Part shown: positions 19,149-27,340 of the stretch, piece by piece
Position numbering within the stretch: the stretch's first letter is position 1
Layout of the letters: the number at the start of each line of letters is the position of its first letter
NCBI GenBank assembly: GCA_039714295.1
Contig: JBDLJP010000001.1
Span: 1-29,826 of the forward strand
DNA length: 29,826 bases
Direction of reading: 5' to 3'
Origin: Candidatus Fermentibacterota bacterium
GTDB taxonomy: Bacteria > Fermentibacterota > Fermentibacteria > Fermentibacterales > JCC-6
Translations under genes and position numbers: made by a program
The notes under the pieces: model-generated
Told to the model about the DNA's origin: nothing
The model's input: only the letters and a program-made list of their open reading frames with translations
Database searches by the model: none

Positions 19149-20039
19149 CTAGGATTTGAGTGCAAGGATTCCCCATGCACCGGAGTCGTAATCGTCTTCT
19201 TCTTCATCAAGCATCGTATCCGCGTCAATAATATCCGCTGCCATGAACCAATGTTCCGAGGATCCTTCTATGTACCATTCGTAGCTGTATATTCCATCAC
19301 CTGCAATTCTGTCTCCCCAGAGACCGTCATCGTTCATCCAGTGACGGGACCAGACTGGGCATGGACCGTGAGCAAAAACGTAATATTCCGGTTCGTACTG
19401 CGGATTGGTGTGAAGAACCTCCACTTCAAGCCTTACAAGTGTACCTGGCTCAAGTACGGGAAGTTCCTCATCTATTTTGTAGAAAGCATCCGGGGAATCG
19501 CATTCCCACGTAAGCTCTTCACCCTGGTATATCTGCATTGACTGGATGAATACTTCCTGAGGTATACCTGAGTTCAGAGAGTATTCAGCAGGAGTGATAT
19601 GTGTGAGAATCCACCCTCCATGAGGATCAGTCGAGACTCCTGTTCTTTCTACTATGAGCCTTCTTGTACGGATATCACTGATAGGCTTGATCGAGGGATT
19701 AACTACTCCGTCATGCGTTATATCTATGTTGAAATCCGCAGACAGATTTCTTATGACTGTTACAGTGCATATTCCGATTTCCGGATCGTTTTCCAGAATG
19801 ACTTCAAACGAGCCTTCGCTGCTCAGCTCTCGCCACCAGTGCTCCGGCAATGCGTTATCCTTTCCCCCATCATCGCTTTCCCCCTGCCCCTCAAGAGGGG
19901 TCATTCGGACGTAACTGTTATTTGATAGAAGATTCTGGATATTCTCCGCATCGGTAGGTTCAGCTGAGGGTTCCGCAACGCACCCGCATGCGAGAACCAG
20001 TACCAGCACCGATGCCGCTGTCCCAAGAAGCTTGTTCAT
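19149..20039 (-). CDS. Lipoprotein with choice-of-anchor-X-like DDG..GD..AGDGIYS motif
   Basis: AGGAGG RBS before ATG 20039, lipobox VLACGC, and motif MNDDGLWGDRIAGDGIYSYEW. Confidence 0.75.
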   Translation of the reverse strand: MNKLLGTAASVLVLVLACGCVAEPSAEPTDAENIQNLLSNNSYVRMTPLEGQGESDDGGKDNALPEHWWRELSSEGSFEVILENDPEIGICTVTVIRNLSADFNIDITHDGVVNPSIKPISDIRTRRLIVERTGVSTDPHGGWILTHITPAEYSLNSGIPQEVFIQSMQIYQGEELTWECDSPDAFYKIDEELPVLEPGTLVRLEVEVLHTNPQYEPEYYVFAHGPCPVWSRHWMNDDGLWGDRIAGDGIYSYEWYIEGSSEHWFMAADIIDADTMLDEEEDDYDSGAWGILALKS

Positions 20040-20143
20040 TATGCTCCTCCTTTCAATCGTGATTTCCAGATGCTTTTTCATTGTGCGCCTCCTTTCGTCC
20101 GATGATATTCTGAGGAACAATTACGAACGGAGTATTGTCAGTC

Positions 20144-20160
20144 TGTAACAGATTGTAACA
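20144..20160. promoter_or_regulatory. Direct repeat TGTAACA-N3-TGTAACA, putative response-regulator box
   Basis: Perfect heptamer repeat with a 10-bp period in the divergent intergenic region 20040-20278. Confidence 0.45.
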
Positions 20161-20278
20161 ATCTTGAGTTCAGCATCACGATACTGCTTGAGTTATCTTT
20201 TCCGGAATATCAGTACTATGTTTGAAGTGGCCCGAATCGATGTTTCATAATTCAAAAACTAAACGGCAGGAGAATACC

Positions 20279-21697
20279 TTGATTAAAACATTTTCCGTTT
20301 TCACTATTCTGCTGATTTCATCCATGTCCTTTGCACAAGCACCGGATACTCTCTGGACAAAGATATTCAACAATGAAGCCTGGGATGAGGTGCATCGCGT
20401 TATCCAGACTCCTGATAATGGTTATATAGGTGCTGGATGCTCAGGTGCACAAATACCGGAGAATAGATTATGGGTGATCAAAACAGATCAGAATGGTGAT
20501 CTGCAATGGGAGTTGTACCACGGCGACTCCCTGAATCCCAAAACCGGGGTGTCGGTGCTGATGACATCTGATGGAGGTTACCTGGTCACGGGAGAAACAT
20601 TTTACCCGGGAACCTGGTGGTCGGACATTACACTTTTCAAGCTGGACAGTGATGGGAGTATTGAACAGGAAGTATGCTTCGATATTGGACCTATGGATTA
20701 TGTTCGCGCTTCTGAGCAAACTTCAGACGGCGGTTATATACTTGCTGGAGGTACCGCAGGCACAAACCTTGATTCTTTTCTGCTGAAAATCGATTCAGAA
20801 TACAACACTGAATGGACAACAACAACAGGAGGAAATCAGGATGAACAATTCTATTCCGTTCAGCAGACTTCAGACGGCGGTTATATAGCTGCAGGTTACA
20901 CAAGATCCTTTGGCTCAGGCAGCTCTGACCATTACATGGTGAAGTTTGATTCCTTAGGAAATGTGGAGTGGGAAGAATTTTTCGGAGGTACGGGATTTGA
21001 CATGGCATGTGCTGCACGTCAGACTCAAGACGGTGGATACATCATTGTTGGATTTATGCAGCAGGTGAGTTCAACGAAAGATCTTTATGTTGTCAAAACA
21101 GATTGCGATGGTAATACGGAGTGGGATCTTATTCTGGATCGCAGCGATTTTGACAATGCTATATCATTCCTCGAAACTTCAGATGGAAGTTACATATTAA
21201 CAGGAGTAACATCCAAAGATCTCTGGCTTCTGAAGCTGGATAATACAGGCAGCGTTCTTTGGGAAACGGCGATAGGTTTACCCAATCCGAATGAGTCTGG
21301 TCGTTCAATTCAGCAGACCGTTGATGGAGGATACATTGTTGCAGGCTCCAGAAATACCAGTGCAGGACAGCTTGATTTCTGGCTTGTCAAGTTCGGCCCG
21401 GAACTTGGTATTTCTCAAGCTCCACAAGCATTTATCGATGTTCAAATTTCCGCAGTATTACCAAACCCATTTACCTCAAGCCTTCAGATCAACTGTTTTC
21501 TTCCAAGCTCAGGACATATGAATCTGTCAGTATATGACTTTGCAGGAAGACTTGTTGAGCATCTGGAAAGCTCTGACGTTTACTCCGGAAAGCACACTTT
21601 CTTGTGGGACCCTGATCCTCTTCTTCCCTCAGGCTGTTATATGGTAGTTCTGGACGCTCTCGGGAAACAGGATGTAACATGGTGTATCAAGATTTAA
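20279..21697 (+). CDS. Secreted repeat (beta-propeller-like, TxDGGYIxxG) protein with T9SS type-A-like C-terminal domain
   Basis: AGGAG RBS plus TTG 20279, and a signal peptide ending SFA. About seven QTxDGGYI repeats at ~49-aa spacing. C-terminal LPNPF...YDFAGRLV...SGCY. Confidence 0.88.
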   Translation: MIKTFSVFTILLISSMSFAQAPDTLWTKIFNNEAWDEVHRVIQTPDNGYIGAGCSGAQIPENRLWVIKTDQNGDLQWELYHGDSLNPKTGVSVLMTSDGGYLVTGETFYPGTWWSDITLFKLDSDGSIEQEVCFDIGPMDYVRASEQTSDGGYILAGGTAGTNLDSFLLKIDSEYNTEWTTTTGGNQDEQFYSVQQTSDGGYIAAGYTRSFGSGSSDHYMVKFDSLGNVEWEEFFGGTGFDMACAARQTQDGGYIIVGFMQQVSSTKDLYVVKTDCDGNTEWDLILDRSDFDNAISFLETSDGSYILTGVTSKDLWLLKLDNTGSVLWETAIGLPNPNESGRSIQQTVDGGYIVAGSRNTSAGQLDFWLVKFGPELGISQAPQAFIDVQISAVLPNPFTSSLQINCFLPSSGHMNLSVYDFAGRLVEHLESSDVYSGKHTFLWDPDPLLPSGCYMVVLDALGKQDVTWCIKI

Positions 21698-21730
21698 TGT
21701 GAGTCTTGTTCCTGTCATAATTGCATAGCA

Positions 21731-21757
21731 CAGGGGGCCGATCTCTTCGGCCCCCTG
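21731..21757. terminator. Bidirectional intrinsic terminator-like hairpin
   Basis: Perfect 11-bp stem CAGGGGGCCGA/TCGGCCCCCTG with a 5-nt loop, between convergent genes. Confidence 0.8.
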
Positions 21758-21765
21758 AACTTGAA

Positions 21766-23085
21766 CTACCTGAAGCTTACTTCAGCACCAAGACCGAAGT
21801 ACGTGACGCTCTTGTTGTACGTGCAGGCATCAAAGAGATCGACACCCTGTCCTTCGTCGTAGAAATTATGCCCTCCAGCAAGGGTGAGCGCAAAATTATC
21901 ATTGACGGCGTAGCGGATCCCTCCGCCAATGGCGCTATAATCGAGATTGTACTCAAAGTCGTTGTAAGTACTGTCACTTCCTCCGAGATCACTGTGGAGG
22001 TATGAGAGCCCCAGGAGGATTCGCGGGGAAACCTGATAGTCTATTCCGAGTCCGATATCGAGACCGTTCTCGTAATGGACATCAATAGCGTTGAGCGAAT
22101 CTTCAGCGATATCCTCAACACAGTAGTAGTTGAAAGTAGTGCTCAGTTTAAATGCGGGTGAGAACTGGTAGGAAACTCCTCCGGCAAGTATCGCGGGAAG
22201 ATCTCTACTCTGTTTGAAACCGTCGATAGCGAAGCTGGAATCAGGAAGAGGTACAGGTATCGCAGCCTCTATCCAACCGTTCTGAGTGACACTTGTTTCA
22301 AACTCCAGAGCCGTGCTGGTTTCGTACCTCAGTGCAATGTTAAGATTCTCAACAGGTACTACATCAACACTTATTATACCGTTGAAACCGGCTGCTGTTT
22401 TTTCAACTTCCAGAACCCGGCTGGATGTACCTACCGGCACAGGAATTCCTGTGGAATCGGGAGCGAATATTGTGAAATCCCCCTGGCCATCGTAAACCTT
22501 TTTCGCTGAGGTGTAACGACCGGCAAGAGAAAAGGAGAACACATCGCTTGCGGCGAAGGAAGCTCCCACTGTACCCGCGAGATACTGTGAAGTTGCCTTC
22601 ATACTGCCTTCACTCATCAGAGCAAAGTAGTACGGGCTCATATTTATCGCCTGCTGGTATCCCGTTTCAAGCAGAGGCATCACATAAAGGCCTTCCTTGT
22701 AATCCAGGGACCCGCCGCCCGCGGGGACTGTGAAAGCGCCGAATACAGCCCAGTCGCCTGTTCTGTACACCGCGTACAGGTCCGGCAGGAACAGAGTGGG
22801 TTCCGTTGATTCGTACGTTTCCACTGAGGTTGTATCCCAGAAGGGAACAGCTTCAATGGTATAATCCTTCAGCAGGAACTGGTTGCCGAAACTGATGTGG
22901 AAACCCTCATCCAGGAAGACCAGACCTGCCGGATTGTAACTTACCAGATCCGCGCCGTCGGTAGCAGGATTACGAGCGAAATTTCTGAAGTAGTTAACAC
23001 TTCTGTTCGTCAGATAGTCGATATTACTTGCAGAAGTAATTCCAACACAGAGTGTTACAAGAACCAGTACTGCTAAGATTCTCAT
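21766..23085 (-). CDS. OmpP1/FadL/TodX family outer-membrane transporter
   Basis: AAGGAGG RBS before ATG 23085 and a signal peptide. ADLVSYNPAGLVFL hatch motif, FTVPAGGG, LNIALRYE, DLPAIL and C-terminal beta-signal GLGAEVSFR. Confidence 0.88.
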   Translation of the reverse strand: MRILAVLVLVTLCVGITSASNIDYLTNRSVNYFRNFARNPATDGADLVSYNPAGLVFLDEGFHISFGNQFLLKDYTIEAVPFWDTTSVETYESTEPTLFLPDLYAVYRTGDWAVFGAFTVPAGGGSLDYKEGLYVMPLLETGYQQAINMSPYYFALMSEGSMKATSQYLAGTVGASFAASDVFSFSLAGRYTSAKKVYDGQGDFTIFAPDSTGIPVPVGTSSRVLEVEKTAAGFNGIISVDVVPVENLNIALRYETSTALEFETSVTQNGWIEAAIPVPLPDSSFAIDGFKQSRDLPAILAGGVSYQFSPAFKLSTTFNYYCVEDIAEDSLNAIDVHYENGLDIGLGIDYQVSPRILLGLSYLHSDLGGSDSTYNDFEYNLDYSAIGGGIRYAVNDNFALTLAGGHNFYDEGQGVDLFDACTYNKSVTYFGLGAEVSFR

Positions 23086-23461
23086 ATGTTCCTCCTTGAT
23101 GAGTTGTATAGGCAACCACATGGAATACATGGCTGCAATTCTAGCTATTAGATGGATTATTAACATAGATGAAGGCTTCGTCCAGCTTAGCAGGTGAAGA
23201 GCATAGCAGAATACTGGTACCGTTAAAAATGTCTAATTATTAAATTGGATAATCTAAGATACTTCACATCCATTGTAAGATTCAGTAAATAGATCTGCTG
23301 TATATGATGGTGTTGCTGACCGGAACTCCGGAAACTAATCTGCCCCTGTTCTGCGGAGCTAGGTGAGTAACCATAAGTGAAGGCCAGCCCTGATGAACGG
23401 ACCGGCCCGACTACATTAAAGACTTACTCCGATTCTCCGTCGCAAGACCTCTCCGGGACGC

Positions 23462-23794
23462 TTAGGTGATATCCTTCACAGTCTTGCTTTTACCATTCAG
23501 CTTAACTGATGCAATACCATTTTCCCTGGATTTTGGGGAGCTGTACATCTGACTCGATCCGATGATCCTGTGATTAGCTGCCTTCAGATTAAAAGTGTGC
23601 TTTCCATTGGCAGCAACTTTCTTCTCGAAGGATCCATCCCGTCCGCAGTTTTTCTGAATAGATGCTATTCCTTTCAGCGCAGAAGTCTTCGTCTTGTAAC
23701 TCTCGCTGCTGAGAATAGTCTCAGAATTACCGGCTTTAAGTACGAAATGGAACTGGCCATTCTTGTTCTTTTTCAGCTCAAACCAACCTGCCAT
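23462..23794 (-). CDS. yegP: YegP family protein (tandem DUF1508)
   Basis: FELKK...GQFHFVLKAGNSETILSSESY, with the internal duplicate FNLKAANHRIIGSSQMY; 110 aa. Confidence 0.93.
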   Translation of the reverse strand: MAGWFELKKNKNGQFHFVLKAGNSETILSSESYKTKTSALKGIASIQKNCGRDGSFEKKVAANGKHTFNLKAANHRIIGSSQMYSSPKSRENGIASVKLNGKSKTVKDIT

Positions 23795-23975
23795 TATTTT
23801 CTCCTAACGTTGTTATGTTATTCGACTAATAAGATAACGAGTGTAAACGATAAATTAGAATAATCAAATATACTGGAGAAAACAAGCAAGCTGTGCCTGC
23901 ATCTGCTTGTCATGTTTTGTGAATGCTGCGGGTTGCTGATTGTTTCATATCTGTATAGTATGTAATATTGGAGTA

Positions 23976-23991
23976 AGCTGGTTCCGTGCCA
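23976..23991 (-). promoter_or_regulatory. Possible sigma-54 -24/-12 promoter facing yegP
   Basis: Minus strand reads TGGCACG-GAAC-CAGCT: a perfect -24 box and correct GG-N10-GC spacing, but -12 is CAGC rather than TTGC. Confidence 0.3.
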
Positions 23992-24031
23992 GATATAAGT
24001 AGTAGTACAATTATCCAAGGAGGAGGTTGAA

Positions 24032-24238
24032 ATGGACATTCAGACAACTGAGGAATTCTCCGACGAAGTCGAAGATACCGCTGATACCAGTGTTGAGGGA
24101 GATCAGGAAGAGAAACGGAAGAAATACTACAGTCCCAACGAAGTCATGAAACGCAAAGGCTGTATCGGATGCAGTGGTGGTGCGGGTTTAATTACCATCC
24201 TTGTTATCGCTCTGGTTCTCACCATCCTCCTGCATTAG
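24032..24238 (+). CDS. Small single-pass membrane protein with acidic N-terminus and CxxC
   Basis: AGGAGG RBS; 68 aa; KGCIGCSGG immediately before a C-terminal hydrophobic helix. Confidence 0.7.
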   Translation: MDIQTTEEFSDEVEDTADTSVEGDQEEKRKKYYSPNEVMKRKGCIGCSGGAGLITILVIALVLTILLH

Positions 24239-24284
24239 TTACTGATCAGCACTTAATTACACATTTAACTGAGAGGATATTACT

Positions 24285-24554
24285 ATGAGCATCATCGGTT
24301 TTATATGCACATTGATAATTACCATCTTTATTGTTGGAATCGTGGAAAAAATCAGCAAGACCAAACTTCCGTATGGATGGATCGGTAACATCATTGTAGG
24401 CTTCATTGGCGGTGTACTGGGTCAGTATGTGCTTGGCAACACCTGGGGACCATCAATTTTCGGTGTACTTATCGTTCAGGTATTTCTTGGCTCACTGGCG
24501 CTGATACTGATTGGTAAATGGGTAATGGGATTTATAGCAAAAGGCCGAGGTTAG
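24285..24554 (+). CDS. GlsB/YeaQ/YmgE family stress-response membrane protein
   Basis: GWIGNIIVGFIGGVLG motif and three TM segments; GAGAGG RBS; 89 aa. Confidence 0.88.
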   Translation: MSIIGFICTLIITIFIVGIVEKISKTKLPYGWIGNIIVGFIGGVLGQYVLGNTWGPSIFGVLIVQVFLGSLALILIGKWVMGFIAKGRG

Positions 24555-24559
24555 ACTAA

Positions 24560-24591
24560 ATCAGGCTCTACCGCCCTGATGTTGTTTTTTT
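24560..24591 (+). terminator. Intrinsic terminator
   Basis: Stem ATCAGG...CCTGAT followed by GTTGTTTTTTT, directly after the stop at 24554. Confidence 0.6.
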
Positions 24592-24635
24592 GACCTGAAG
24601 GATCCTTGCCCTGTCTGGCTACTTATTTAACCTCC

Positions 24636-25211
24636 CTAAGCCGATATGGGCTTTCGGCGGAATAGATTCAGCTTTCTCAGAAGTCTGATTCCGAATATGA
24701 GCAGAAGGGCGAGGATCATTACCGCCAGAAGCGGGATCAGAATCGACAGAACAGCCATAATCACTGAGAAAACGCTCTCAAATGCTGAAAGTATCGGATT
24801 TGCAGATCCTCCAGTTGTGGTCGTGGAACCCCAGTGAAGGAAATTGCTGGCTGCGGAGCCGGCCAGAGAAGAACCACCCCCTGCAATCACAGCCAGTGTC
24901 CAGGTAAGAAAGGGATCCAAATCCAGGAGCACTGCAGCAGTGATAACTGTACCCGCAACTACAGTCAGCGGGACTGTAACAGCATCCAGAGCATTGTCCA
25001 CAAATGGGATCAGATATCCAAGGGTCTCCGCAAGCGCAGCCACACTGAATGCGATCAGGGCGGGGGTGCTTGCAATCCAGCTGAACCCCTGGGATAATTC
25101 AAGAAATCCCAGATGCCCCATGATACTCATAACAAGCAGTGGCACGAAAATCCTGAACCCGCAGGTTGCGCTGAGACCTAAACCAATCAGTATGCTTACT
25201 ACTGTTTCCAT
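24636..25211 (-). CDS. DUF4126 domain membrane protein
   Basis: GLGLSATCGFRIFVPLL, AETLGYLIPFVDNALD and ANPILSAFE. Confidence 0.88.
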   Translation of the reverse strand: METVVSILIGLGLSATCGFRIFVPLLVMSIMGHLGFLELSQGFSWIASTPALIAFSVAALAETLGYLIPFVDNALDAVTVPLTVVAGTVITAAVLLDLDPFLTWTLAVIAGGGSSLAGSAASNFLHWGSTTTTGGSANPILSAFESVFSVIMAVLSILIPLLAVMILALLLIFGIRLLRKLNLFRRKPISA

Positions 25212-25273
25212 TGAGATTCAATCAATCGGATAACAATGAAGGACAGAATCGGAACAGGTTAAATCTCTGACAG

Positions 25274-25795
25274 TTAAAACAGTTTACCAGCCAGAGACAG
25301 TATTCCATCAAGGGCGGAGTCTTTTTCGGTGCCAAGGAGACTTTTCAGGTCGAAACCGCTTGATGAGGACTCCGAAGCTCCTTCATCTTCCTTCTCGATA
25401 GTTCCCATTGTTGCGGCGGCAACCATTGGCAGCATTTTCTTTATAACTTCGGTGTCTATTCCGGTTTTACTTGAGATTACGCCTGCTATCTGCCTGCTTA
25501 CCTCTTTGCTGCCGAATATGTGACCAAGAATAGAGTTCCCGTCCTTTACAGTCTCGCTGCTGCCGATGGATTCAGGATTATCAACATATTCCCTGTGGCT
25601 TCCAGACTGTATTACGCTGAGAAGCGATTCAAGACCGCTTTTACTCGAAGCGTTCTGATCCAGACCTTTGGACAAAGCCGGTACAAGAAGGCTGATTGCG
25701 CTTTTGGCCAGATCATCGCTGAGGCCAACTTTCTTTGCAAGTTCCTTGACAACAAGACCCTTACCCGCATCTATCACACTATCAAACAGACTCAT
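25274..25795 (-). CDS. DUF937 family protein
   Basis: GLESLL...SGSH...DGNSILGHIFGS...KKMLPMVA pattern. Confidence 0.85.
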   Translation of the reverse strand: MSLFDSVIDAGKGLVVKELAKKVGLSDDLAKSAISLLVPALSKGLDQNASSKSGLESLLSVIQSGSHREYVDNPESIGSSETVKDGNSILGHIFGSKEVSRQIAGVISSKTGIDTEVIKKMLPMVAAATMGTIEKEDEGASESSSSGFDLKSLLGTEKDSALDGILSLAGKLF

Positions 25796-26051
25796 AATCT
25801 CTCACTTTCATCTATAGTTCATTGATTTCATTGATTACCTTAACTTTATTCAAACAGTGTCCTCAAGTCAATTCAGAAATACAATATGTAAGTTTCCCAA
25901 ACGGCATCAGGGCGGGTGCATGAATAAAAGCTTAATTGCGCAGGATTGTTTCATAGAATATAGTTTAGCTGAATGTACTGCAGAACTTCCAAAACTCTCC
26001 TTTCTGTTTCTCGGTTAAACGGTCTATCATTTTTTCTCTGGAGGTATACGG

Positions 26052-26756
26052 TTGAAAACAGTTTTCTCTCTTTATGCTATCGTGCTTCTACTGGCTTCAA
26101 CAGGTGTTGCGCAAAACGGGTTCGAATCGGATAAGCCGGATAGAATCTGGATAACGCCTCTTCCTTCTCCAACTGGAACCTGGGTCGACCCCACAGACGG
26201 TACTATGGAGAATGGACTTTCTTTCATATCGGAGCCATGGCCATCCTATCAGGGAGGCGCTATTAATTATATTAACTTATACGATCCGGCTTACGGCCTT
26301 GACCCCACTAAAGAATACCGAATCATTAACGTTCAGTACTGTATTAAGGACAAGAAACCTGCTGCTACGGGATATGTCATACGGGTCATCATACAGGGGT
26401 GGGATGGAAGCGCTCCAACCGAGACGAATCTCTACGAGCAGATACTTGATAGCAGCTCATGGACCTCTCCTGATGTGTATACCTGGACCGAATCCGCACC
26501 AATCACGAACCCCAGCGTCATCCTGCCCGCAGAGTTCGCTATCGGGTGGCATACGGTCTGGCCATTTCTGACAAGATTCTGGCTCGGACTGGATACGGAC
26601 GCTGATGCTGTAAACTGGTACTATTATCAGGGAGATTGGGTCCCTCTCGGTTCATCAGGATACGGAGGCGCATTTGGTTGCAGGTTCGAGGTGGAGGAAC
26701 TAACAAGCAGTCTCGAGAACACTACCTTCGGAGCCATCAAGGCTGCTTTCAACTAA
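26052..26756 (+). CDS. Secreted protein of unknown function with C-terminal LENTTFGAIKAAFN tail
   Basis: GGAGG RBS plus TTG and a signal peptide ending GVA. Beta-rich body with a DGTMENG motif. Confidence 0.8.
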   Translation: MKTVFSLYAIVLLLASTGVAQNGFESDKPDRIWITPLPSPTGTWVDPTDGTMENGLSFISEPWPSYQGGAINYINLYDPAYGLDPTKEYRIINVQYCIKDKKPAATGYVIRVIIQGWDGSAPTETNLYEQILDSSSWTSPDVYTWTESAPITNPSVILPAEFAIGWHTVWPFLTRFWLGLDTDADAVNWYYYQGDWVPLGSSGYGGAFGCRFEVEELTSSLENTTFGAIKAAFN

Positions 26757-26993
26757 TCAGTAATCGACTTCTTTTGAAACCCCGTGCGCAATAACCGCAG
26801 GGGCATGCCTTGTATTGATTGCCTTGTTTGGCAGTAGAGCCGGTCTGCCCAGTACAATTGGATACTGATTGCCACAGTAAGTACATCTCATCTTACCCGA
26901 TCTGATGTCACCATTTCGCTTTGTCGTGTTATGAATTGACAGATGTCCCCTGCATTCTGGGCATCTGAGATATTCAAGAGCTGTACTCTGCAT
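26757..26993 (-). CDS. Trm112-like zinc-binding protein (possibly a truncated remnant)
   Basis: LEYLRCPECRG...G-MRCTYCGNQYPIVLGRPALL, with two CxxC motifs. Confidence 0.75.
   Translation of the reverse strand: MQSTALEYLRCPECRGHLSIHNTTKRNGDIRSGKMRCTYCGNQYPIVLGRPALLPNKAINTRHAPAVIAHGVSKEVDY
26780..26803. terminator. GC-rich bulged hairpin (terminator or REP-like) inside the 3' end of the Trm112-like ORF
   Basis: CCCC-G-TGCG / CGCA-GGGG with a 7-nt loop, 23 nt after the stop of the + strand gene. Confidence 0.45.
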
Positions 26994-27235
26994 AAAACTC
27001 CTTCTGTTTTGTTGACGCTATAAAATCTAATGTAACAATATGTTAGCGGAATTGTCAAGAATTGACAGGCAGGATTATGATTCGTATATAGAATGTGTAA
27101 ATTAAGTAGATCGTTTCGTATCGGATTGCGCATAACCAGTTACTACACTATTTGTTACATCTATTTCAAGGGTAGAGCCAGAGGCAGCAACTTTTCTAGC
27201 GCACAACGGTAGACAATATTCGAACTATTCTGATG

Positions 27236-27340
27236 AATTATCCTGCAGAAGTAGGTCCCTGGAGAAAACTCATCAAGTTGAACAGCATGAGATCCCTCTG
27301 AATACTCATTCTCCTGAATCTCACTGACTAGCCTACCAGA
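27236..27340 (-). pseudogene. Orphan fragment of a T9SS-type C-terminal sorting domain
   Basis: Hand translation gives SGRLVSEIQENEYSEGSHAVQLDEFSPGTYFCRII. This matches the xGRxV...GxY pattern of the three intact CTDs in this window. No ATG/GTG/TTG upstream in frame. Confidence 0.6.

Noticed and set aside
23300-23460. Relatively GC-rich intergenic stretch with CTGATGA at 23390-23396 (hammerhead core?)
   Set aside because: No stem II followed by GAAA, and no riboswitch consensus recognised. An Infernal/Rfam scan would settle it.
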